Shown here piece after piece: positions 1-11,004 of a stretch of DNA of 40,021 bases (its first letter is position 1; every line of letters starts with the position of its first letter). Below the pieces are notes generated by a model. It made no database searches. It was not told where the DNA came from and saw nothing but the letters and a program-made list of their open reading frames with translations. Both the position numbers and the translations under genes were made by a program. This DNA comes from Peribolospora baueri (lineage: Eukaryota): positions 1 to 40,021 of the forward strand of contig JAMDHS010000130.1 of NCBI GenBank assembly GCA_029717555.1, read 5' to 3'.

Positions 1-33
<33 letters not shown>
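1..33 (+). repeat. Poly(A) homopolymer, truncated by the window edge
   Basis: 33 consecutive A at positions 1-33. Confidence 0.95.
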
Positions 34-35
<2 letters not shown>

Positions 36-138
36 TTTGTATTGAGCATGCTGGATGACATCGGACGCGTGATGCGTGGCCCAGCTGGTGAATCATTGTC
101 GACTTGTGAGCGCCGGTGACATCACGCTTTCCGACTGA

Positions 139-1330
139 TCACAGACCTCCCCTTACAGCGGGCGGCCAAATCACTTTAAATGTCTGAGAGACAGGACATG
201 ACGGAGTGTGAAGAGCGCGTCTCGCCTCGCCTGGCCTTCCCGTCTTAAGGTCCCCCGCATCATTAGTTGCGAATCGATCGAATCCGAGAGAAGGTATGGC
301 CCGTAGAGGTTCGAGGATTGGCTGTATACAGACTGCAGAGGAAGCCTCAGAGTCATGCAAAAACAAGGTCGAGGCAAGTCCAACCTACAAGCTTACTGCA
401 CGAAATGGCAGGGAGGCTTGATTGACCGACCGGGTCTCCGTGGCTGTTAACTCACCATTCTCGCTAAGAGGCTGCGTGTCACTCACGCTGATGGGTGTCT
501 AAGAATAGTTATCAAAGGGGGAACGAATCTCCCTCCTGCACGAGCCTCTGGATGGCAGCTTGCGGGTATCCACTGCGAGGTTGGAGCACCCGTCGAAAGG
601 GATTACAGGCAGCGGCCCCTAGTCGCCACCGTGCATAGATCCCTGCCGTATGAGCGCATCAAGAACTGCATTCGGAACTGCATTCGCGAATATTTCATGC
701 TGGAGCCCATCGAGTGCGGTCTGGGAGGCTTCCGGTGTCTGCCCTTCCGGCAGTCTGCAGCGAAGGGGACCTCTCGCATTTCCAAAGGACACGTCCTCGC
801 TAAATGACACTTTGGCCTGTGATACGGGAAGAGCAGGTCAGAAAGACATAACAGTAGACATGCGCCCAGGACTGAGAAAGCCTTGCTAAGCGGAGGCTTG
901 CATTCTCGATGGCATTCTTGAGGAATACGCGCCGAGACTCTGGCTTTTGATTGTACTCTGCAAGTGGTCCGCCGAGCACGACTTGTTGGCCCGCCAGTCA
1001 GAAGACGTCGTTGATGCCAATAGCGAACCCCAGGAAGGCCGCTGCACGTTGAAGGACGGCCGGTCCACATGGGCGAGCATCAAACGATCCGACTAGAAAT
1101 CAAAGTGTTCGGCGGCGGAGGGCGGCCAGCCAGAAGTGCCAGGCCCTTGAAGACACGCTTGCACCGTAGCGACTAGGCTACCGATTGGTGAAAGAAGTAC
1201 AAGAGCTGCACCACAGTGGTTATCCTGTTTTGACACCGGTCACCAGCCAACACGTAATCGTAGTATCGTCTTGCAGAGTGTAGACCAGGCATTAAACTAC
1301 GTCTCCAAGAACAGCCTCAAGGAACTATGG
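139..1330 (-). pseudogene. Possible decayed intron-containing gene of unknown family
   Basis: The minus strand gives protein-like fragments broken by stops and frameshifts (AVLQRAAAFLGFAIGINDVF*LAGQQVVLGGPLAEYNQKPESRRVFLKNAIEN|AKVSFSEDVSFG...LDGLQHEIFANAVPNAVLDALIRQG). Two intron-like segments are present: 817-901 (GCAAGC...CTGAC...CACAG, joins in frame) and 396-486 (GTGAGT...GTGCAG). No family recognised; boundaries approximate. Confidence 0.3.
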
Positions 1331-2972
1331 TCCTTTAGGCCAGGTCGCTTTGACGTCCGGTACGCCTGACGGCCACGCAAGTATCTGGACATGGCGTGAG
1401 GATGGTTGAAAGCTCGCCATGCGCGTCGGTTTGATGGAGGGGATGAAGAAAGAGAGGTCAGTCCCTGTCCGTCCTTCCATCGATCGCTGGCGGTGTCGAG
1501 AGCACACGAGTTTCAGACCTAGGCTTGCCAAATCGAGGCGGTTGCTGCGGCGGGTGCTGTCGAGGTCAGCGCGGGGATCGACGTCCACCGCTCTGCCTCC
1601 AGCGCAAAGAAGCTCCTGCGAGCGCAAGCCGTAAGGGCACGGCGGTGTCCTCCAAGCGCGCTACGCAACCCAGTTCGGGCGAGCAAGGGTGGAGCGATTG
1701 TGCCCGTCCGTTTCGGGCTCGGTGTAGATGGACTCGCGCTAGATCGGGGGTGCTGCATGCCCTAAATAGGGTAAAACGGAACATCATCATGAAAAGGGTG
1801 TTCTTGTCCTGTTTGATGATGAGCGTTCGAATCTGCTCCTGAGGGACTATCTTAGCGCTCCGCATCCATCGTCTTCGAGTCTGAGCTCAGCATGGGTGGG
1901 TAGCCATTGTACGACGACACTTGGTCCTACGTCCGACCGCGGGATAACAGCTTTGGTCGCGCCTGTGCCTGCAGGACGGGAAAGGATGCCGTCGGGCGGA
2001 CCATGTGGTGTGGGCTCGCCGCAACGACGCCAACTACGGCACATCTATCTATCTCTCTTCCGTTCTCCTTGTCCGTGTGGCGGGTGTGTCGGCCTGTATC
2101 TCCATTTTGCTGGGGCAAGGGCAACCTGCTGCTCGCGTCTCCACACCGCGGCGGGGCAGTAAACTAATAAGGCTTCTTTCTCTTCTCCCCCTCTTTCTGC
2201 CGTGCGCGTCAGGACAATTCCTGCAACGCACTTACTTCCCTGCCGAACTAGAGCGATTATTGGCGGGGTAGCGACCAGTGCGGTGATTAAGTATTGTATT
2301 TTTTTTTTTTATTTTTTCATCCCTCTCGCCGTCTTGCAATTTCGGGCTGGCACCATCGATCGCTGCGGCCGGTGTCCGACGCCGCCCTGCCCTTGCCTGC
2401 TGCGAGTGCCGCCGCGCCGAGGAGGCCGTGCCTTGTGCGACCTTCGGCTCGGCCCACGTCCCACCATCCGCCCCGTCCCCCCTTGCCCCTCTCCGTCCTC
2501 TTCCTATCTATCATCATCCATCCCCTTGCTCTTTCCTCCCCGCTCACCACCACCTCTCTCTCCGTCGTCGCCCCTCCTCCCGCTCTCACATGTCTCCCAT
2601 CTGATTCCCTCTTCCCAGTCCTCCTCACCCGGACCGGACCCGACCATCGTCACCTTACCCTCTCTGGTAGCGGGCCTCGCCGACGACAAGCCGCAACCAG
2701 CCACGCCTTTTCCCTCCTGTCACCCCTTCCTCTCCAGTTGTCTTCTTCCTCCTCGCCCCGGGCCGTAGCCATCATCGCCTGTCGCATTCCTGCACATACG
2801 TTGCCAGCCGTTCGTTTCGTTTTCATTCGTCGCACTCTAGTGGGGATTTAGCCAAGGCTCGGTAGGGCCGGAACGGACTGGACTGGACTGAACTGGATTG
2901 GACATCGATCGATTCGTTCGGGCATCCAGTCGAACGCGTAGCGACCGTCTCAAACACCTCGCTCCGCCCATC

Positions 2973-5900
2973 ATGTCTTCGTCCCCAGCAGCCGCACACG
3001 TCCTGGACCCCGGGCCGAGCGACGCCGCCGCGCTGGACGACTCTACCGTTCGACGCGCCACACCTTCTCCACCCGAGCCCGCCCTCTTCTCGCCCACCCG
3101 CCCCACAGCGAGCCCGACAGACACAAAGCCCCCCATCTTACCCTCTTTCAGCTTCTTCCACGGTGGCTCTTCCTCCCCGCTCCCAACGCCCACGTTCTCC
3201 ACGACGCGGACAGGTCGCGGCGTCTTGCCAGAGGGCAGGTTCCCTGACACGCGGACCTTCGGAGCGAAAGCGCCCACCGGCGGTCATTCGCCGAGGAACG
3301 CACCGGCGCCATTGAGTGGGAACAAGTCGGAGTATGGGCGATCGCGCCGAGGGACGCGGTCGGGCGAGGAGGACCCGCCTCAGTCTCCGAACAGCTACGA
3401 AGGCTACGGCACCGTCTCGCCTGCCACGCCATATCACCCGTTCACCTTCTCCGAGTACGAAAGCGCGCGCTCGCCGGCGTCTTACGCCGCGTCTCCCTCC
3501 TCTGCCTCATCTCTCACCAACTCCGAGGGCAAGTCCTTCCATCTTCAGCCCGTGCCCGGCCTGGCCGCCTTGCGCTCCTCACCGAGCTCCGAGGTACTTC
3601 GACCCAACTTCTCCGCCAGCGGAACGTCTGAGCCGGCCTCACTGCATAGGCAGTCTTCTTTCTCGAGACCCAAGCCCGCGCGCAAGTCGGGCAAGAGCCC
3701 GTATAAGGGGGCTGATTCTCAGCACCGTTCACCACTCGTTGACGGCGTCCACGCGGCGGGAGGCTCGAGCGCTTCTCCGGAGTATTCCCCAGGTGGTGAA
3801 GCAAGTCCGGACCGGGACGAGGGTTCCTCGCCGCCGTCTTCACGACGTCCGGACGTGTCCTCTGCGCCGATACGACGGCGTTCGAGCATCTCTAAGCAGG
3901 CGCAGCGCTCCGCTTTTGGTGGTATCACACCTGCTGCTGGCGCTTCCTCCACGAGTACTTTGGGCTCGGTAGAGCGAGGCGGCGTCGAGGCTGCCGGCGT
4001 CGCGAAAAGGCCTCAGCCTTTAACGGCCGCTCCCACCAAGTACGACAAGGGCCGAGGACGACGTCCGAGCGGGACCGCACTCACGTCCGAAGGATGGGAG
4101 GGCGCGAGGGGTAGCTCCGGGTTCGATGGAGTAGTCTCTCGCAAACCTTGGGATTCGAACCGCGACGGCGGCGGCGGCGGCGAGACGGTGTCGTCCGCTC
4201 CTCCGGGTAAAGACGCTTATTCTGCACCTTACTCCACGGGCACCGCCGGCACCGACAGGTCGTCCATCGTCTCTCAGCTACAGCCCGAATCGCCGCTTAC
4301 CTCGTTTACAAGAACGCCCGGTTCGCGGCCTCTACCGCCGGACTTGGCTCGGCTGGCGCAGGACATGGAGGAGATGAGGGCCGAGCTGATGGGCTGGGAT
4401 GACGGGAGGTGGGATCCTGCTGGAGATGTGAACGAGGTTTCCGCCACGGCGACCTCTGCCGAGACGGACTGGGTCGAGGCGGAGGACGAGGCCGGACTGG
4501 AAGGCCAGGTACTGGAGGTGGGGAACTCGAGGGAAGAGGAGGCGAAAAGGCTCCCGCCGCGGGGTTTTCTTACCAAGACGAGAATTTCGGCCCTCGGTGG
4601 ACGACGGGCTGGGGCTGATGACGAGGACGCTCAAGGTTTCGATCGTCCTCCGCCCTCGGCTCTCCCGACCGGCAGTTTTAACCTTTCTTTCCCTACCGCT
4701 GCTCCACCTCGATCTCAAAGAGCTATGGTATTGCCGAAGACCACGTTCGCCAGCCGTTTTGACCAGCACTCACCTCCGTCACCCATAACCCAGCTTCCCG
4801 CCGCGTACCTGGAAGAGCCCGAGCCCCGTTACCCTGGCGCTCCGAGCCCACCTCTGTCTTCAGCGCAGGACGCCCGTTCTTGTGCCGCCCCGACAGAAGA
4901 CGACGGCGGCGACGACTCCGACCCGGAGCGCAATACCATCACCATCTTTGGCTCACCATCCTCTTCCTTTGCTAAGACGGCGCCGCCCGGCGCGAGTTTT
5001 ACGAATATTTCCTCCGTCCGCACACCCACCCTACGTCCTCCTCCCACGGCCGGCTTTGCGGCGGCGAGAAACCGGCTGGCGAGTTCTGCCTCTGCTTCGA
5101 AGCACACGGCTGGCTCTGCAGGCTTTCTTATCGCGGATGACAATCCCAAGAGCACGCTCTTGAGCCTCGGCGCGGGAGGCTCGCCGACCGAAGCGGGGGA
5201 GCGAACACGGACGACGGCGACGGCGATCGACGCCTCGGAGCTGTTCGCGCGGCTGACGTCCTCAAGTCCGGCCTTACGATCGTCTCCGCCCATTTCCATA
5301 TCTGCTCACACGACTCTCTTCTCCTCCTCGGCCTTTCCCCCTTCTTCCATTGACGCCCGTCTCACCTTGCTGTGCGCCGCGTCGTCCGACCAGCAGCGCG
5401 GTCGCGATCGAGGCACAGCGAGACCCAGATCACCGCCGCAGTCGAACGGTCACGTGCTTTCCGAAGGGCGGGGCGATGCCAATCCGGTTCCGGGTGCGGA
5501 CCGCGGGCGCGGTCCCTCCACCGCCACGACGACGAGCCGAGCGCAGCGCGGACACAGCCCGGAAACGAACGTCGTCAAGAGTGCGGGACCTTCCGCTGCA
5601 AGTGATACGTCTACAGCGACCAGTGGCGCTGGCCGCGATTTGAACCTAGTCCGCGGCCCGGACGGCGATCATCCGCAGTTTTCTGCGCACGGTTCGAGGC
5701 GTCCAGAGTTGCGTGATATGGGCGATGACGGGAGCAAGGAATTTTCTCGGGAACACACAGGTCTTCTTGGCGAGATCGTCGGCAGTGGTGGTGCCAGCAG
5801 CGCACCCGTCCATCGCCCCTTGGCCGGATCACATAAAACCAGCCACTCTCCCTTCAGCTCGCTCGAGTCCACCACTACGTCCCACACCACCGACACAGCC

Positions 5901-8892
5901 GACAGTACAGACTCCAAGGCCAGCGGCAGCCTCGACGCCGTCTCGTATATTACATCCCCTTCATCCCCTGAAGCCGTCTCCGCTTCCGTCTCCCCGACTT
6001 CCTTCCACTCTACCGTCACCTTACCCGTCTCCTGCTTACCCGGCTTCTCCGCCACCTCACCTGTCCCCCCGCTCATCCTCGACGCCAGATCTCTCAACTC
6101 ATATCTGTCAGCAAACCCTGGTCGACTGCGCGGGTCCATCAACGTCAATCTTCCCAGCCTGCTCGTCAAGCGCTTCCAGAAGGCCCCCGTCGGCACATTC
6201 GACCTGGCGTCCTTTATCAGCACTGACATGGGCAAGCGGCGGTTCGCGGAGGTCGTGCGGGAGGTCAGGGCGGCCGCCGGAGTGGGACGGGCCAAGAGGA
6301 AGAAGTGGGACGACGGCGGGCGGTCGTCGGAGGATTCGAGTGAGGGGGGTTCTGGAACGGCGGGCGGAGAGCTGGACGGGTACTGGCGAGCCGACATCGT
6401 CGTCCTTTTTGATGACGCTACCTTGGAGACGCCCAAAGAAGGTGATTCGAACAAGGCCGCTCGTCCTCGTGCAAATGCGTCAGCGAACGCTGGGAAGGTG
6501 CTCTTGAGTGTATTGGAGCGAATCGGACCGTCGGACGATGGCTACGACGACGGAGACGACAGAAATGGGGGTGGCGTCTACTTCGTCAAGGGTGGCATCG
6601 ACGCCGCTCGGAAAGAGCCAGGTGCGGAGCGATGGTTCGTTCAAGGAGAACGCGAAGACGAGCTCCACGTCCGGGGCGGGCCGGAGTCACCTCAACCTCG
6701 TTCTGCACCCGTCTCTCCGACGCATGTGCCGGAGACCATTTCGCTCAGCAGCCCGGGCGGTGGAGAGATTCAGCTTCATGCCCCGACGCCGTCACGGGCG
6801 GGACCCGCCGCGAACGCTCGAAAGCTCAGAGGGTCGCGGTCACTCAACTTGTCCGTCAAGCCTGTGCCCTACAGCGGAGCTGCCGGTACCATCATCGATA
6901 ACAACGGCGCTCTCACCGCTGTGCCCACTCGCCAGGACGGATCGTTTGTGGTACCGAGCCCGCCGCCGCCGATGCCGCTGAACAACACGCTCAGCGTCGG
7001 CGGCCAGGCCTTTTCTACTCGTGCTTCGGCGGGCCACCTTTCTGGTGACGCTGGACCTACGCTGCGATCGCCCAGCCCGAGCATCATCCCACCAAGGAGA
7101 GCGAACAGCACGTCCCCTCGTCCCTCCCTCGCGCGCATAGACACCTCTGATAAAGTCCTTACCATGGGTCTCAACGTCCCGAGCGCTGTGCCCCGCCGAC
7201 TGCAGATCGGCGAGTCCAGCAGACCAGGCGGATTAAAGGTTCCCACCCGGTCCGCCACGATCGATGGTGCTGCATTCCACAGTCACATGGACGACTTGGC
7301 TCCTCCCACGCCGACGTTGCGGAGGAGCTTTGCGGATGGATCAGGGCAGGATGGGGAAATTATGGACGAGAGCGGCAACCGAGCCGGCTTCACGAGCCGT
7401 CGAGGCAGCACCACCGGCTGCAACGGGTCACAACAGAGCCCTATCAGCGAGCACGAGCACGAGTCCAACTACATCACCTTCTCATCAGACCATCTCGCTC
7501 CGCCCACTGCGGGCTTCAGCCGCGGACCGCGCAATTTCGCCAGCCAGCAAGACCTAGGAGACCGGTTCGCCATGGGTGCCGTACCCGGTCACGGGTTCCG
7601 CAATCGCTCCGAGCCGGGAACGCCCACCCCGGTCGTGCCTGGCGGAACGCACCCTGAAGCTGACTTTACCGTCTCTACGATCTTGCCCGGCTTCCTCTAT
7701 CTCGGTCCGGACATCCAGCGCAAGGAGGACGTGGAGAGGCTGCGGTCGCTCGGTGTCAAGCGCATTTTGAACATGGCGTACGAGATCGAGGACGGTGGTG
7801 CGGGTCTCAAACTCAAGGAGCACTTTGAAAGGTACCTCAAGATTCCTATGAAGGACAACGTCGAGGCCACCGGCGTGCAGAAGGGAGTGCGAGAGGCGCT
7901 GAGGTTCCTTGGTGAGTTGTCTCTTCCTGTCGTTGACGGTATGAAGGCCAGTCGTCAGTGAGATGGAAGCGATGGCGTGATGCTCATCTCATTCGTTCGA
8001 CATGCTCGCAGACGACGCCCGCCTGCACTCGTCCCCCACTTATGTCCACTGCAAGGCCGGCAAATCCCGCTCTGTCACCGTCGTTCTCGCCTTTCTCATC
8101 CATGCCAACCACTGGTCGCTGAAGCGGGCTTACTCATACGTCGTTGAGCGGCGGAAAGGCGTCTCGCCCAACATCGGTTTCGTCGCTGAGCTCATGAAGT
8201 TTGAGGAGGTTGAGCTCGGCCTGAAAAAGAGCACCGGTATCATCGGCGGACCCGCCGGCATGGATGAGGAAGAGGACGAGTCAGAAGGCGGACAAGGTCC
8301 CGCCGGAGCGGACGCTATGAAGACGCTCCGGGGACGTGGTCCGCATGTGCGAGATTCTCTACCCTCTGTGCTCACCGCCCCTGTCGGCGGCTTGTTGGGT
8401 CTTGACTTTGAGCCGGACACGTCGTCGCCTGTTTCACCAGGTGGGCTGGCCAGGGACGGCGATCGCTCTGCCCCGCCCGGCGGCTCGTCCGAAGGCGGTG
8501 GTGTCTCAGGCGTCGCCCTGGGCTCCAACGCCGTTGGCTCGCGCGGCGCGGATCCCTCGGCCGCCAAGCTAGGCGACCACACGAGCGAGACGGAGGTGAA
8601 AGGCTACGACGGCAGGTACCGGTCTCGCCGCCCGCCTGTGGACGAGGTGAACCTCGCTCCCGCTCGTCGTGCCACCCTCGCCGGCCTCGAGAGCGGCATC
8701 CCGTTCAAAACACTCCTGAGCCTCGCAGCCGAGGACGCGGAGAAGGGCAAGGTCGTCGAGGAGACCAGAGACGGCAAGGAGTCCGAGTTCTCTGACGCCC
8801 CCGTCGCAGACGGTCCAAGCCAGGTCTCTTTTCAATCACCGGATCCTGCCCCGCAAAGGCCGAGCTTTGTGGCGCGTGACACCGTGCCCTGA
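2973..8892 (+). CDS. Dual-specificity protein phosphatase with rhodanese-like domain (MAP kinase phosphatase-like), ~1,939 aa, 2 exons (2973-7911, 8012-8892)
   Basis: First ATG of the long ORF at 2973. Rhodanese-like segments LILDARS...LRGSINVNLPSLLVKRF and VYFVKGGIDA (~6070-6610). The DSP domain (STILPGFLYLG...GVKRILNMA) continues across a GTGAGT...GCAG intron (7912-8011) into the catalytic motif VHCKAGKSRS (HC at 8047) and AFLIH...RRKGVSPNIGFVAELMKFE. Confidence 0.93.
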
Positions 8893-9732
8893 ACCTGCGG
8901 AGCTGTGCATTCTGGACATGGAGTGCTCCGCGTCGGATCGCATTGTTCTCATCTCTTTCTTCCCACATTGTTCATGCTCTCCCGTTAGCCTGCCTTCCTG
9001 TGCACGGACATCGATCGACTTCATCCATCCGCTTCACCCGATTCCTTTTCTCGGTCATTTCAAGATATCCGTCGATCCACCCGCTCGTCTCTCCTTTTCT
9101 TCCCCCTTCCTCCTGCTTCGTCTTCATTTCCTCGTGGCCCACGGTGTAATCTAGTCTCACAGCCCTAGCATTGCAGGATTGCGTCGCGCCGTTGACCGCT
9201 TGTGCCAGGAGGACGCGCCGTCTTCCCCAGCAGAACAATCGATATCGGTTTTACCTAACCATCCGGGGACGGCAACTCGCCTCGGGGTCGTCCAACGCGG
9301 AAGCCGCCTCCCTTACCTCAACGCTGCCACAACCGCGCGTCATGGCCTCCTCATTAACCACTCGCTTCATTCGTTGGCAGCCGCAACTTACTGGCGGTGG
9401 TCTTGGATTCCTGCCTTGGTCTATCGTCCATGTGCGACTCGGTGTCAAGCTAGGGTGCTCTCGTCACCTTGTGGAGGTGGAGGTATGAGATATACTTTTG
9501 CTCACGTCAATACGCAAATATTCGCTTCATCTAACGCCGTTCCTTCGCACCCTCGTTTAATGCGACGTGTGCCGCAACTCGGTGTCGTATTTCCCCGTGG
9601 GGAGACCTGGGGAGATCCTCGCGCTGCGCTTGGGGGCTGACTTTCTGTCGAGCACAGCATCGCCGTCCAAACGGATCCCTGCGCGAGCAAAGTCTGACGA
9701 CGTCGTTGGCTATCGGGCTTCGAGCCGCTGTG

Positions 9733-9740
9733 TATAAAAA
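9733..9740 (+). promoter_or_regulatory. TATA box upstream of the small secreted-protein locus
   Basis: TATAAAAA at 9733-9740 in GC-rich context, ~245 nt before the ATG at 9980 and upstream of a predicted 5'UTR intron. Confidence 0.55.
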
Positions 9741-9894
9741 GCGCTTCATCGGCCGGACAAAGTCGACTTTGCCTCAACCAGGCAGACGTCCACCCCCCCT
9801 CCTTCCTGGTAACCTACGCTGGCACTTCCACTCCGTAGCCTTAAGCCCCACGTCGTCGTCTTGTGCTCACTTTGCCAGGCCTATCTCCCAGTCA

Positions 9895-9968
9895 GTATGT
9901 TTGCTCTCACATGCCGCTGTTCACACAGCATTGGCTAACCACCTTGTCCATGGGGTGTCGAACCGCAG
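9895..9968 (+). other. Predicted 5'UTR intron of the small secreted-protein locus
   Basis: Consensus donor GTATGT (9895), branch point GCTAAC (9934-9939) and acceptor CAG (9966-9968), ending 11 nt before the ATG at 9980. Confidence 0.6.
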
Positions 9969-9979
9969 GTTCGACAGGC

Positions 9980-10345
9980 ATGAAGACAAGCCTCACAGCG
10001 ATCGCACTGACATTTCTCGCCATGTCCCAGGGCGCATGGGCGGGGTGGTTCTGCTTCAATTGCAGTCGGCCGTCGGATTGCGCTTGGACCCAAGTCAGGG
10101 CGCAGATGCAATACGATTACAACGGCATCGAGGTGGGGCCTCAGAGATGGACGGTCACCGGCACCTTGGGCGAATGTGCAGTATGGGAAAACGTGGCCTA
10201 GGTCTACGCTCAATCGGACTCCGGCACCTCTTACCTTACGACTCCGGATCACGGCTGGCCTCTCGTTAACCAGGGATGGCTAAACTGTCCGCAGTGCGGA
10301 GGTTACGACGACGGTGAGATCACCTGGACGTTCGACTCGTCCTAG
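9980..10345 (+). CDS. Small Cys/Trp-rich secreted-type protein; frame interrupted by TAG at 10199-10201 (73 aa to the first stop, 121 codons to the second); may be a pseudogene or spliced
   Basis: Signal-peptide-like N-terminus MKTSLTAIALTFLAMSQGAWA, then GWFCFNCSRPSDCAW...GECAVWENVA*VYAQSDSGTSYLTTPDHGWPLVNQGWLNCPQCGGYDDGEITWTFDSS*. Upstream TATA box and UTR intron. Confidence 0.6.
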
Positions 10346-11004
10346 GCCAGCCAGTGTTTGACGGGCCCGCCATAGGTTTGCGACGCGCATGTGCAAGCGG
10401 CCATTCGAACGGCCGTCGGGTTCTTACGGGTCACCGCTGCTCCCCCCTCCCCTGTGCCTTCGCTCCTCCGTGCTGTTTGCCTTCTTCCCGCCGCCCCCTT
10501 TGCTGATCACCCGGGCGATCAACTCGCCCTGGGCCAATGCCGACGCCGCCAACGAAATTGTATGGTATCGCGGCAAAATGTTCGACGAGATCGTCGCTCC
10601 GCCGAAAGTCTTACCTTGCCGTATGGGAATGCTCACTTGGAACGGACGGGTCGCCAACGAACGAGGAGACTTGATGGGCCGTACAGTTCGTATGAGAGCG
10701 ATATCATGTTCTCGGTCAGCGGCCTGGTTCGAACGGTGAACGTATTTGCCTCGAACCTCGGTCCGGCCCTCGGTCCGGCCCAGGCTCTCTCGCCGTCGAT
10801 TCTCCGTTCATGGCGTTACTGTTGGCTGTCGCCCGTACCTGACTTCTATTTTACCCAGTTTCATTCTCGGGTTACAAAGAAGAGGCAGAGGTGAAAGGAT
10901 AGGCGGGACCGGCAGTGAAAGCGAACTCAGCAAACGTTACATATTCATCTTCCCCACTGGCCATTTCGGATAGTCGGACCGGGCTGAGAAAGGGACGCAT
11001 GTGC

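Noticed and set aside
1816..1884. C/D-box snoRNA-like layout (ATGATGA 1816, CTGA 1839, CTGA 1881) and a tRNA T-loop-like GTTCGAATC
   Set aside because: No terminal stem, no guide I could match to rRNA over 10 or more nt, and no cloverleaf. An Infernal/snoscan/tRNAscan run would be needed to rescue it.
1789..2271. Short ATG ORF MKRVFLSCLMMSVRICS* and nearby Cys-containing ORFs resembling a decayed secreted protein
   Set aside because: The fragments do not join by plausible introns, and similarity to the 9980 protein is limited to a few residues.
2898..2972. ORF-track start of the phosphatase at 2898
   Set aside because: It is a TTG start within a (GGACT)n repeat; the first in-frame ATG is at 2973.
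3138..8968. Antisense and alternate-frame ORFs overlapping the phosphatase (and likewise VPS35, the C2H2 gene and IPK1)
   Set aside because: Shadow ORFs typical of GC-rich coding sequence; the sense frames carry all conserved motifs.
10389..10894. Two overlapping plus-strand ORFs (116 and 167 aa) downstream of the secreted-protein locus
   Set aside because: No recognisable motif, signal peptide or splice structure. A shared GTATGGGAA 9-mer with the upstream gene is too short to indicate duplication.
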